From positions 1 to 26,054 of the forward strand of contig CALBVO010000081.1 of NCBI GenBank assembly GCA_937970115.1: DNA of 26,054 bases. Direction: 5' to 3'. A program made the position numbers and the translations under genes. Within the stretch, counting starts at the first letter, position 1. Each line of letters opens with the position of its first letter. This DNA is from Minisyncoccota bacterium (GTDB lineage: Bacteria; Patescibacteriota; Minisyncoccia; Phycocordibacterales; UBA1006). The notes under the pieces were generated by a model. The model did no database searches, was not told the origin of the DNA, and saw only the letters and a program-made list of their open reading frames with translations. This document shows positions 1-7,891 of the stretch, in pieces.

Positions 1-574
1 TCAAACTATCAGTATCAGGACTGAGGTTAAAATCACCCATCAGGATGATGTTTCTCCCCTGCTTGGTTTTCAGGAATTTTATGATGTTTTCTGATTGTTC
101 AATGCGGTCAGAGCTGTCGCCCTTTCCCTTACCTTTTTCCCATAGCCCATGAATATTTATGATGGTATATTTTTTCTCCCTATCCTCAAAATCAACCCAT
201 TGAATTGTTCGACGAAACCATGTGTCATAATCTACATATTATTGTTGCGCATCTGACACCAATAATTCACCACTGGCTGTAGTTTTTCTGTACAAAGATT
301 TTTTAATATAAATAGCATTACCCCACCAACGCCCCAATGTCGGTGAGAAATATCCATGGTGATGAGAAAGAATTTTACCAATTGAATAAAATAAATCTGG
401 ATCGCCTATTGGTGTCCCCTCATTATCATTACCTACAACATCAGGACCGAATTTTGAACCATCCAAATCTACCTCCTGCAGACAAAAAATATCTGCATCA
501 TTATATTCCTCAAAGAAATTGTATAAAGGTTTACCTGCTCGCCCACACCAGGCGTTTAAACTGATTATTTTCAT
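1..574 (-). pseudogene. Endonuclease/exonuclease/phosphatase (EEP) family protein with an in-frame TAA at 239-241; 3' end runs off the left edge of the window
   Basis: ATG at 574 gives MKIISLNAW...DIFCLQEV...GNAIY. The same frame continues after the TAA as YVDYDTWFRRTIQWVDF...INIHGLW...IILMGDFNLSPDTDSL, so the EEP motifs (xLNx, LQEV, GDFN) span the stop. Confidence 0.8.
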
Positions 575-650
575 AGTATTACTATAATCTTTTTCCCTAA
601 AAATCAAAATAGGCTTTTTTATTTTCAGATTTATGTATAATGGTCTGCAT

Positions 651-788
651 ATGGGAAAACGATTAAATTCTGTGGGAAACATGAAGACTACCAAATCTCA
701 CAAAACAGCAAAACGATTAGCAGTCAAAAAAGAAATGCTCGAGGTAGCAAAGACACGACGAAACTCTCGTCACTTTGTAGGTAAATAA
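651..788 (+). CDS. Small basic hypothetical protein, 45 aa (MGKRLNSVGNMKTTKSHKTAKRLAVKKEMLEVAKTRRNSRHFVGK)
   Basis: Translated by hand (below the ORF-track cutoff). TATAAT at 636-641 lies 9 nt upstream of the ATG, and a perfect hairpin follows at 857-890. Confidence 0.6.
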   Translation: MGKRLNSVGNMKTTKSHKTAKRLAVKKEMLEVAKTRRNSRHFVGK

Positions 789-856
789 ATGAGCTACAGA
801 GATTTTTAATAAAAAATCGACAATAGCGAATTTATTCCAAACATGATTTGGGATCT

Positions 857-890
857 ATGTAAAAAGAACTCGTATGAGTTCTTTTTACAT
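857..890. terminator. Bidirectional intrinsic terminator-like hairpin
   Basis: Perfect 15-bp inverted repeat ATGTAAAAAGAACTC-gtat-GAGTTCTTTTTACAT with A/T tracts, between convergent genes. Confidence 0.7.
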
Positions 891-910
891 TCATAATCTA
901 GTACCTCGTG

Positions 911-1037
911 GTCATTGCGAGCGATAGCGCGGCAATCCCAGACACCAAACAAAACCTAGATTGCTTCACCCCAAGGGTACTTCCAAGAATATGTTCCATA
1001 CACTCACTATTCTTTGGGGCGCGCAGCTCGCAATGAC
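911..1037. repeat. REP/RPE-like palindromic interspersed element (GTCATTGCGAGC...GCTCGCAATGAC)
   Basis: 12-bp terminal inverted repeat with nested GCAATC/GATTGC and CCCCAAG..AAGAATA/TATTCTTTGGGG arms; more GC-rich than its flanks. Confidence 0.65.
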
Positions 1038-1063
1038 AAAAATATTTTTATCCATATCTCACT

Positions 1064-1103
1064 AACTAGTACAAACGTGACGGCCGTCATATTTGTACTA
1101 GTT
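1064..1103. repeat. Near-perfect 40-bp palindrome overlapping the NUDIX stop codon (possible terminator)
   Basis: AACTAGTACAAA-cg-TGACGGCCGTCA-ta-TTTGTACTAGTT. Confidence 0.6.
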
Positions 1104-1583
1104 ATCTTTTTTATATTTTCTAAACACCTGAATAGCCACCGTTGCTGATTCATGCCAAATTAGTTCCCTATCGTCTAACATTTTATAGAACTGGTCCTCG
1201 TTTACCCACAGACCCCTCTCTATAATATCGGTATCTGGGTTTTCTGGTGGTTGCTGCATTACCACCGGATTCTCGGCAATGTAGCAATGAATACCACGAT
1301 TACCAAATATTTTTTCAAAGGTATAGAAATGATATAGATTATCAGATTGCATGCCCACCTCCTCTGCCAATTCCTCGTGTGCGTGGGTCAGAATGTCCTT
1401 GCCAGTTTTATCGATACCACCGCTGACGAATTTCCAAAATGATTTTTTATAATGGTGGATATACTCCTCTATCAAAAATAATTCGTTTGTTTCAGTATTA
1501 TAAGGAAACACCAATACGACCTCTCGTGGTTTTTTATGTGGGCAGAATTTTTTACACAGTTTGTTTTTAATAGATTTCAACAT
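1098..1583 (-). CDS. NUDIX hydrolase (degenerate box, ADP-sugar pyrophosphatase-like)
   Basis: 161 aa; VSGGID...AHEELAEEVGM Nudix box variant; extended -10 TGaTACTAT 7 nt before the ATG. Confidence 0.8.
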   Translation of the reverse strand: MLKSIKNKLCKKFCPHKKPREVVLVFPYNTETNELFLIEEYIHHYKKSFWKFVSGGIDKTGKDILTHAHEELAEEVGMQSDNLYHFYTFEKIFGNRGIHCYIAENPVVMQQPPENPDTDIIERGLWVNEDQFYKMLDDRELIWHESATVAIQVFRKYKKDN

Positions 1584-1648
1584 ACAGATGATAGTATCAC
1601 AAAATCACGGTATAATAGAATCATCTTATTCATTAATCAAAATATTTT

Positions 1649-1837
1649 ATGAACAATCACGATTTCAATATTATTAACCAATTAGTTCAAGAACAAAAAT
1701 CATTGTGGCGTATCGAGGAAATTTATCTCAACGAATGTAAAAACACAGATGATAAAAAAATGTGGACCAAACTACGCAACCAAAAACGTAAAAACGTCGA
1801 AGAATTATCAAAAATGGCGAAAAAGTGCCTGAAATAA
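1649..1837 (+). CDS. Small helical hypothetical protein, 62 aa
   Basis: Clean ORF with TATAAT at 1611-1616 upstream and a terminator at 1849-1872; amphipathic helical pattern (NQLVQEQKSLWRI). Confidence 0.7.
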   Translation: MNNHDFNIINQLVQEQKSLWRIEEIYLNECKNTDDKKMWTKLRNQKRKNVEELSKMAKKCLK

Positions 1838-1848
1838 TTTCTCCAACG

Positions 1849-1872
1849 AAAAAACACCTATTGGTGTTTTTT
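1849..1872. terminator. Bidirectional terminator
   Basis: AAAAAACACC-tatt-GGTGTTTTTT between convergent genes. Confidence 0.7.
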
Positions 1873-1875
1873 ATT

Positions 1876-2336
1876 TTACAGTTCTGGAATAATCAGAACC
1901 TGTCCTGAATAGATTTTATCTGCGTCTTCTAGCATTGGTGTGTTTGCTTCGAAAATAGCATTATATTTTGAAGCATCTCCATATACGGTTTGTGAAATAC
2001 CTGATAAGGTATCGCCTGCCTTAACGGTATAGAATTCTTTTTCTTGATTGAGGTCTTTTTGGATCTCCTGTCCATCAAGAGTAAGCATAATTTTATCATC
2101 AACACTTGCTATACCTTCTATATTTCCAGCAATCATCACTGCCTTCTTTTTTTCATGTGTTGTGGAAACCTTACCGCTTAGATTTACAATATCATCATCA
2201 ACTGATACATAGACACCATTGATATTATATTTTTCCAGGCGATCTTTAATCTGCTGCTCCTTATTATCTGCTACCTCTGCACTATTAACTCCGAATATTT
2301 TTTTCCTGCTTCTTTTATAAATGAAATAATTCCCAT
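1876..2336 (-). pseudogene. kbp: Kbp/YgaU-like BON-LysM protein, frameshifted in an A7 run (2298-2304); about 153 aa if one A is restored
   Basis: ATG at 2336 gives MGIISFIKEAGKK. Adding one A joins it to IFGVNS...LSGKV...AVMIAGNIEGIASVDD (BON) and YTVKAGDTLSGISQTVYGDASKYNAIFEAN...IYSGQVLIIP (LysM). The ORF track shows only the last 87 aa. Confidence 0.75.
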
Positions 2337-2390
2337 ATTTTTTTTAGATTAAAATTAATAAATTTATATAACTTTTCGTTACATATACAC

Positions 2391-2399
2391 ATTGTAACA
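2391..2399 (-). promoter_or_regulatory. Extended -10 promoter for the kbp-like gene
   Basis: Minus strand TGtTACAAT about 55 nt upstream of the ATG at 2336. Confidence 0.45.
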
Positions 2400-2400
2400 T

Positions 2401-2430
2401 ATATACAAAATATACAAAATATACAAAATA
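2401..2430. repeat. 9-bp tandem repeat (ATATACAAA) x3.3
   Basis: Read directly: atatacaaa atatacaaa atatacaaa ata. Confidence 0.85.
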
Positions 2431-2510
2431 TTAATTATTGTAACCAATAGAGGAAAATTAATGGAAAAGTCATATTTTTACTTATTTTTTTATAGTTAAG
2501 CTTTTAAACT

Positions 2511-2605
2511 AGGTGAAGAGTAAAAAAACAAAGAAAAAGAACGCGAGGTGTACCTTAATACGCTGAGCGTTCTTTTTCTGTAGCTGACGCAGCTATTCGC
2601 TAGCT
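2511..2605 (+). repeat. Tandem-GA palindromic element, copy A (core 2532-2579)
   Basis: AGAAAAAGAACGC GAGG TGTA ccttaa TACG CTGA GCGTTCTTTTTCT; aligns over about 100 nt with the reverse complement of 7735-7830. Confidence 0.65.
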
Positions 2606-2735
2606 TTGCATAAATTCGTAATAGTCGTTTTCACTTCCTGAGTCATTTATTTTTAAATCTTTTCTAAATAAAAAAAACGAGATGAAGTTTGAAGTGGTGA
2701 AAGAAAATTTTCACAAACTGTATCTCAATTTAGTT

Positions 2736-2847
2736 TTTCAAAACAGAATGAAATACAAGGCAAAATAAAAAAGAGCAAACGAGACGTATAACTATTACGT
2801 TGAGTGCTCTTTTTTATTTTAACGAAATAGTTCGTCTGTTTTGGAAA
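2736..2847 (+). repeat. Tandem-GA palindromic element, copy B (core 2762-2820), directly after the gyrB stop; probable terminator
   Basis: AAAATAAAAAAGAGCA..GAGA CGTA taactat TACG TTGA gTGCTCTTTTTTATTTT with outer arms TTTCAAAACAGA/TCTGTTTTGGAAA. Confidence 0.6.
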
Positions 2848-2848
2848 T

Positions 2849-4894
2849 CTAAATGTCGATCTCTGCTAGTTTTGCATTATTTTGTATAAATGCCTTCCTC
2901 GGCGCAACATCTGCTCCCATCAAGGTATCAAAGATCGCGTCAGCCTCCATAGCATCATCAACAGTTACCTGTTTCAATGTTCGCGTTTCTGGATCCATAG
3001 TTGTTTCCCATAATTCCTCGGCGTTCATTTCTCCCAATCCTTTGTATCGTTGAATGTGGACCTTTCCTGATTTCTTTTTTGTCTCTACTTCGGCCTCTTC
3101 GCCGTCTACGTCTGACTCCTCGGCAATTTCTGGTTCTACACCGAGGTCCTTTAATATTGCGTCGCGTTCCTCATCATAATAGGCGTAATGTAATGATTTA
3201 CCTTTTTTGATTTTATATAATGGTGGCTGCGCAACATAGAGGTATCCTAGATCAATCATTTCCCGGAAATATCGGAAGAAGAATGTCATCAACAGAATCC
3301 GAATGTGTGCCCCATCGACATCCGCATCCGTCGCAATAACGATTTTTTTATAGCGGATTTTTTCAATATCAAAGGTCTCTCCGATGGACGCACCAAATGC
3401 AATCACCATTGATTTGATTTCGTTGTTCCCCAGCATTCGATCCAATCGCACACGTTCGACATTCAATGGTTTACCACGTAATGGTAGAATCGCCTGCGTT
3501 TTACGATCGCGACCCTGTTTTGCTGTACCTCCCGCGGAATCTCCCTCAACGATGAATATTTCGGCCTCGTCAGCATTTTTTGTCTGACAGTCGGTTAATT
3601 TACCTGGTAAGGTGAATCCTTCCAAAGCTCCTTTTCGCAAAATTGAATCCTTGGCTGCCTTGGCTGCCTTGCGGGCCTTCAATGCTAATGCTGCCTTACG
3701 CAGGATAGCCTTGGCATCGTCTGGATGTTCCTCTAGGAAGGTTGCAAACGCCTCGGCAAACATTGAATCTACGGCTCCACGTGCCTCGGGCGACCCTAGT
3801 TTATCTTTGGTCTGTCCTTCAAATTGGATTTCCTTCATTTTGACAGACACCACAGCGGTGATTCCTTCTAGTACGTCGTCACCAGTTAATGAACCGTCTT
3901 TTTCTGAGAGGACTTTGTTCTTTTTATTATATGAATTCAATAACCGTGTTAATGCGGTTTTAAACCCGGTAACATGCATTCCCCCACCAGGTGTTGAAAT
4001 ATTATTCGCAAAGGGAACAATACGCGGCGAGATGTCATCAACATATTGCAATGCAACCTCAACCTGAATACCATCCTCGGTTTCCTTTTCAACATGGAAA
4101 ATATTTTTATGAACACCCTTTTGATGCGCATTCAAATATCGCACCATTGAAACAATACCTCCCTCGAAATAAAAACTCTTTGAGGTAACCTGCAAATTCA
4201 AATCCTCGAGATATATTTCATCTAAATCAATATCGCCAGTATATTCACGTGCGTCGATTAAACATACACGTAGGTTTTTTACCAAATAGGCCTGCTGTTG
4301 GTAATGTTTGATAATTCGTTCCCAGTTAAATATGACTTCAGAAAAAATAGTATCGTCTGGAATGAATGAAATGATTGTTCCGTTATGTTTTGTTTTTCCG
4401 TATTTTTTTACATTGGCTTTTGGTTTACCGATTGAGTATTCCTGGAAATATTTATCGCCACCCCGGTGAACCTCTGCGCGAGTATAGGTAGACAATGCGT
4501 TTACCACTGATGCACCAACCCCGTGTAGCCCTCCCGAGAATTTGTATGATTCGTTATCGAATTTACCTCCAGCATGCAGAGTGGTCATAATAACCTCCAG
4601 GGCGGATTGTTTGGTTTTTGGATGTTTGTCGACAGGAATTCCTCGTCCGTTATCAACAACACGGATCATGTTGTTCGGTAACAATGCGATTTCAATATGA
4701 TCACAATATCCTCCCATGGCCTCGTCACGTGAGTTATCAAAAATCTCTCGAATCAGGTGATGCAGTCCATCTGGACCTGTTGATCCGATATACATACCGG
4801 GTCGTTTTCGTACTGGTTCCAGTCCTTCGAGGACCGAAATATCTGATGCGCTATATTCGCGTTCTTTTTTAGGTTTTGTTTCTTTTTTTGCCAT
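2849..4894 (-). CDS. gyrB: DNA gyrase subunit B (681 aa from MAKKETK)
   Basis: LEGLEPVRKRPGMYIG, EIFDNSRDE, DNGRGIP, GGLHGVG, IVEGDSAGG, TDADVDG, QRYKGLGEM motifs. Start placed at ATG 4894 rather than the ORF-track start at 5008. Confidence 0.97.
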   Translation of the reverse strand: MAKKETKPKKEREYSASDISVLEGLEPVRKRPGMYIGSTGPDGLHHLIREIFDNSRDEAMGGYCDHIEIALLPNNMIRVVDNGRGIPVDKHPKTKQSALEVIMTTLHAGGKFDNESYKFSGGLHGVGASVVNALSTYTRAEVHRGGDKYFQEYSIGKPKANVKKYGKTKHNGTIISFIPDDTIFSEVIFNWERIIKHYQQQAYLVKNLRVCLIDAREYTGDIDLDEIYLEDLNLQVTSKSFYFEGGIVSMVRYLNAHQKGVHKNIFHVEKETEDGIQVEVALQYVDDISPRIVPFANNISTPGGGMHVTGFKTALTRLLNSYNKKNKVLSEKDGSLTGDDVLEGITAVVSVKMKEIQFEGQTKDKLGSPEARGAVDSMFAEAFATFLEEHPDDAKAILRKAALALKARKAAKAAKDSILRKGALEGFTLPGKLTDCQTKNADEAEIFIVEGDSAGGTAKQGRDRKTQAILPLRGKPLNVERVRLDRMLGNNEIKSMVIAFGASIGETFDIEKIRYKKIVIATDADVDGAHIRILLMTFFFRYFREMIDLGYLYVAQPPLYKIKKGKSLHYAYYDEERDAILKDLGVEPEIAEESDVDGEEAEVETKKKSGKVHIQRYKGLGEMNAEELWETTMDPETRTLKQVTVDDAMEADAIFDTLMGADVAPRKAFIQNNAKLAEIDI

Positions 4895-4920
4895 ATATAT
4901 CAATAAAAAATTATAAAAAT

Positions 4921-4978
4921 AGTATACCATAAAACCGACTAAAACCCTTGAAAAATAAGGTTTTTTATGTGGTATGAT
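4921..4978. promoter_or_regulatory. Divergent extended -10 promoters for gyrB (minus, TGgTATACT at 4921-4929) and ung (plus, TGgTATGAT at 4970-4978)
   Basis: Two back-to-back TGn-TAnnnT motifs in the 96-bp divergent gap. Confidence 0.55.
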
Positions 4979-4990
4979 TAAAAAACAACC

Positions 4991-5650
4991 ATGAAAATTG
5001 ACCCGCATTGGAAATTAATACTGCGCGACTATCTCGCCAAAGAATCTTGTAAAAATTTGATTGATTTTATAAATAATGAATATCAGACAAATACTGTCTA
5101 CCCACCAGAAAATGAATTATTTTCTGCATTTTCCATGACCTCATTTAATCAGGTATCAGTGGTCATTATCGGGCAGGATCCCTATCACGGACCTGGTCAG
5201 GCACACGGGTTGGCATTTTCTGTTCCTAATAACATAACCCTTCTGCCATCACTGCTAAATATTTACAAGGAAATCGAATCTGACCTGGGAATCGAAAAAG
5301 ATTTCACCAACGGTAATCTGACATCATGGGCAAACCAAGGTGTATTATTATTAAACTCAGTCCTGACAGTGAGAACAGATACTCCTGGATCACACGTAGG
5401 TCACGGATGGGAGGAATTCACCGATCATGTAATTAAAAAAATATCAGACCAGCGAGAACATGTTGTTTTCATGTTATGGGGAAATTATGCTAAAAACAAG
5501 GGCTCAGTAATCGACAGGTCACGACATTTGGTTTTGGAAACTTCGCACCCATCACCGTTGGGAGCCTATCGAGGATTTAATGGATGCAAACATTTTTCCC
5601 AGACGAATAATTACCTACAACAACACAACAAAACACCAATCAAATGGTAA
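4991..5650 (+). CDS. ung: Uracil-DNA glycosylase, family 1
   Basis: IIGQDPYHGPGQAHGLAFSV, GVLLLN, FMLWG and SHPSPL motifs. Confidence 0.97.
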   Translation: MKIDPHWKLILRDYLAKESCKNLIDFINNEYQTNTVYPPENELFSAFSMTSFNQVSVVIIGQDPYHGPGQAHGLAFSVPNNITLLPSLLNIYKEIESDLGIEKDFTNGNLTSWANQGVLLLNSVLTVRTDTPGSHVGHGWEEFTDHVIKKISDQREHVVFMLWGNYAKNKGSVIDRSRHLVLETSHPSPLGAYRGFNGCKHFSQTNNYLQQHNKTPIKW

Positions 5651-5660
5651 TATAGAATAT

Positions 5661-6257
5661 ATGGAAACATGTACGCATAAAAACAGAACATGGAAACAAA
5701 GAATCATTCATGCAGCACATTCAAAATATGGAATGTGGGTATTAGGTTTTGTTTCATTAATAGAATCAGCTTTTTTTCCTATTCCTCCTGATTTTTTTAT
5801 TGTTCCTATGATTGTTGCAAAACCAGATTCATGGAAAAAAATTGCTACCCTAGTCAGCGTTATGTCGGTCCTTGGTTCATTCTTAGGTTATTATATTGGA
5901 TTTGCAGTTTTTGAAAGTTTTGGAGAAGTTATTATTAAAAATTACAATCTTTCTGACCAAATGATATCGTTGGGTGAAAAATTTAATAACAATGCATTAT
6001 GGACACTGCTGGTTGCCGCCTTTACACCATTACCTTATAAACTATTTACCATTGCAGCCGGAGTATTCAAGGTTAATATCTGGACATTTGCAGTTGCAAC
6101 TGTTATCGGACGGACCGCACGTTATGTATTGGTACCCTATTTAGCGGCTCTAGGTGGGCGTTCCATGCAGGGAAATAGCTATATCAAAAAAATGACCAAC
6201 TGGATGTGGGTCATCGTTGTTCTTGCGGTAATTATAGGAATAGTAGTATTTATGTAA
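5661..6257 (+). CDS. YqaA/DedA (VTT domain) membrane protein
   Basis: SLIESAFFPIPPD, AAFTPLPYKLFTIAAG and GRTARY motifs; start placed at ATG 5661 behind TGgTAATAT. Confidence 0.88.
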   Translation: METCTHKNRTWKQRIIHAAHSKYGMWVLGFVSLIESAFFPIPPDFFIVPMIVAKPDSWKKIATLVSVMSVLGSFLGYYIGFAVFESFGEVIIKNYNLSDQMISLGEKFNNNALWTLLVAAFTPLPYKLFTIAAGVFKVNIWTFAVATVIGRTARYVLVPYLAALGGRSMQGNSYIKKMTNWMWVIVVLAVIIGIVVFM

Positions 6258-6299
6258 TGCTACTTTTTTATTTACCTCAACACAGGGTATAATAAACCC

Positions 6300-7717
6300 A
6301 TGAAACAAATCCAACAAAAGAAAACGAAAATAGTAGCCACCATCGGACCAGCATCTCGAGATAAAAAGGTCCTAACTAATATGATTAATGCAGGATTAAA
6401 TGTTGTGCGTATGAATTTCAGTCACGGAACACACGAGGATCACGCCGATACCATCAACATCGTCCGAGCCGCTCAAAAATCAGCAAAAAAACCTATTGCC
6501 ATATTACAAGACCTCTCGGGTCCAAAAATCCGCGTAGGAAAAATTGCAGAAGGAACGGTTTTGGAAAACGGTAACCTCTTTACCCTCACCACCGAAAAAT
6601 GTATCGGTAATAACAAACGCGCGTATGTTAATTACAAAAAACTTCCCAACGAAATTCACGTCGGAGCCGTAGTAAAAATCGATGATGGGAAAAAGGAATT
6701 GGTCGTAGATACTATTTCAGGAAACGATATTCATTGCACGGTGATTGTTGGTGGCCCACTGTCATCAAACAAGGGTGTAAACCTACCTGACACCGAACTA
6801 TCTATTTCATCTTTAACCGCCAAGGATAAAAAAGACGTAGTATTCGGTATCGAACATGATGTTGATTTTATTGCATTATCATTTGTCCAAACAGCCAAAG
6901 ACATCAAGGATTTGAAAAAATCCTCGACAAAGCCGGCAACCGGGCAAAAATTATAGCAAAAATCGAGACAACACCAGCAGTAAAAAACATCGACGAAATC
7001 CTCGATATTGCTGACGGTGCCATGGTCGCACGTGGAGACATGGCAGTTGAGGTAGGCGTAGAACGCGTTCCATTAATCCAAAAAATGATTATCACCAAGT
7101 GTAACGAATTGGGTAAACCCGTTATCACCGCCACACAAATGTTAGATTCCATGGAAAAATCCCCCGTTCCAACACGGGCCGAGGTTTCTGATGTCGCCAA
7201 TGCTATCCTGGATGGAACTGACGGAATTATGTTATCAGGTGAATCAGCTATCGGTAATTACCCTGTTGAATCTATTATTACTATGGCAACCATTGCCAAT
7301 AGAACCGAATCATCTAATAAAAATGTAGACCTGGATTATATTGATGATTCACGAGATATTGTTGATACGATCTCAGTTTCAACGGTCCGTATCGCAAACA
7401 ATATTCGAGCCCGATTGATTGTATGCCTAACCAAATCAGGAGGAACCGCAAACATGATCGGTCGATTTCGTCCTCATCATGGAATTATTGCGATTACACC
7501 AAATAAAAGAACTTTTAATCAATTACAATTGTTATATGGATGTAAACCTGTTTTGGATACTATGTCAGGTAGTATTGATAAAGTGTCAAAGGATATACAA
7601 AAACTGGTCAAAAAGAATGGTTGGGCCACCACGGGAGAGAAAATTGTGGTGACGGCGGGGACGCCATTTGGGAAGGTTGGGTCAACCAACACAATATTCG
7701 TTATCCAAGCCATATAA
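6300..7717 (+). pseudogene. pyk: Pyruvate kinase split by a 1-nt deficit in an A6 run (6915-6920); 472 aa if restored
   Basis: N-half has KIVATIGPAS, RMNFSHG, KGVNLP. One extra A gives DLKKILDKAGNRAKIIAKIET, continuing to MVARGDMAVE, TATQMLDSM, PTRAEVSDVANA, MLSGESAIG. Confidence 0.9.
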
Positions 7718-7734
7718 CCATTTCCAAATTAACG

Positions 7735-7830
7735 AATATTTTTGTCGCCTACAAAAAAAGAACGCTCGTCGTATTGAGATACGCCTCGCTTTCTTTTTTC
7801 TTGCCTCCTCAATCTTCGCCAATTTTAAAA
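7735..7830 (-). repeat. Tandem-GA palindromic element, copy C (core 7753-7799), after the pyk stop
   Basis: Reverse complement AAAAAGAAAGC GAGG CGTAT ctca ATACG ACGA GCGTTCTTTTT; homologous to copy A. Confidence 0.65.
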
Positions 7831-7859
7831 TAATTATTTTTTGAAATCTAGGAATTAGA

Positions 7860-7891
7860 AAAATAAAAAACGCACCTGCGTTTTTTATTTT
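7860..7891. terminator. Terminator hairpin fused to the NUDIX stop codon
   Basis: AAAATAAAAAACGCA-cc-TGCGTTTTTTATTTT; near-identical to 9082-9111. Confidence 0.7.

Noticed and set aside
575-694. ORF-track upstream extensions (EEP to 694, gyrB to 5008, yqaA from 5580, methyltransferase 10391, SnoaL 12822)
   Set aside because: The extensions run through promoters or neighbouring genes; family homology and -10 spacing support the downstream ATGs.
2461-2768. Tiny plus-strand ORFs 2461-2499 (MEKSYFYLFFYS) and 2682-2768 (28 aa)
   Set aside because: They lie in AT-rich, palindromic intergenic DNA; the second coincides with an imperfect hairpin (2679-2726) and runs into element B. No convincing promoter.
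2853-4872. Several plus-strand and alternate-frame ORFs within gyrB
   Set aside because: Shadow ORFs of a conserved gene; no motifs or expression signals.
6921-6950. CCGG-caa-CCGG hairpin as a programmed -1 frameshift stimulator in pyk
   Set aside because: Only a 4-bp stem, and G_AAA_AAA is a poor slippery heptamer; not enough to claim programmed frameshifting.
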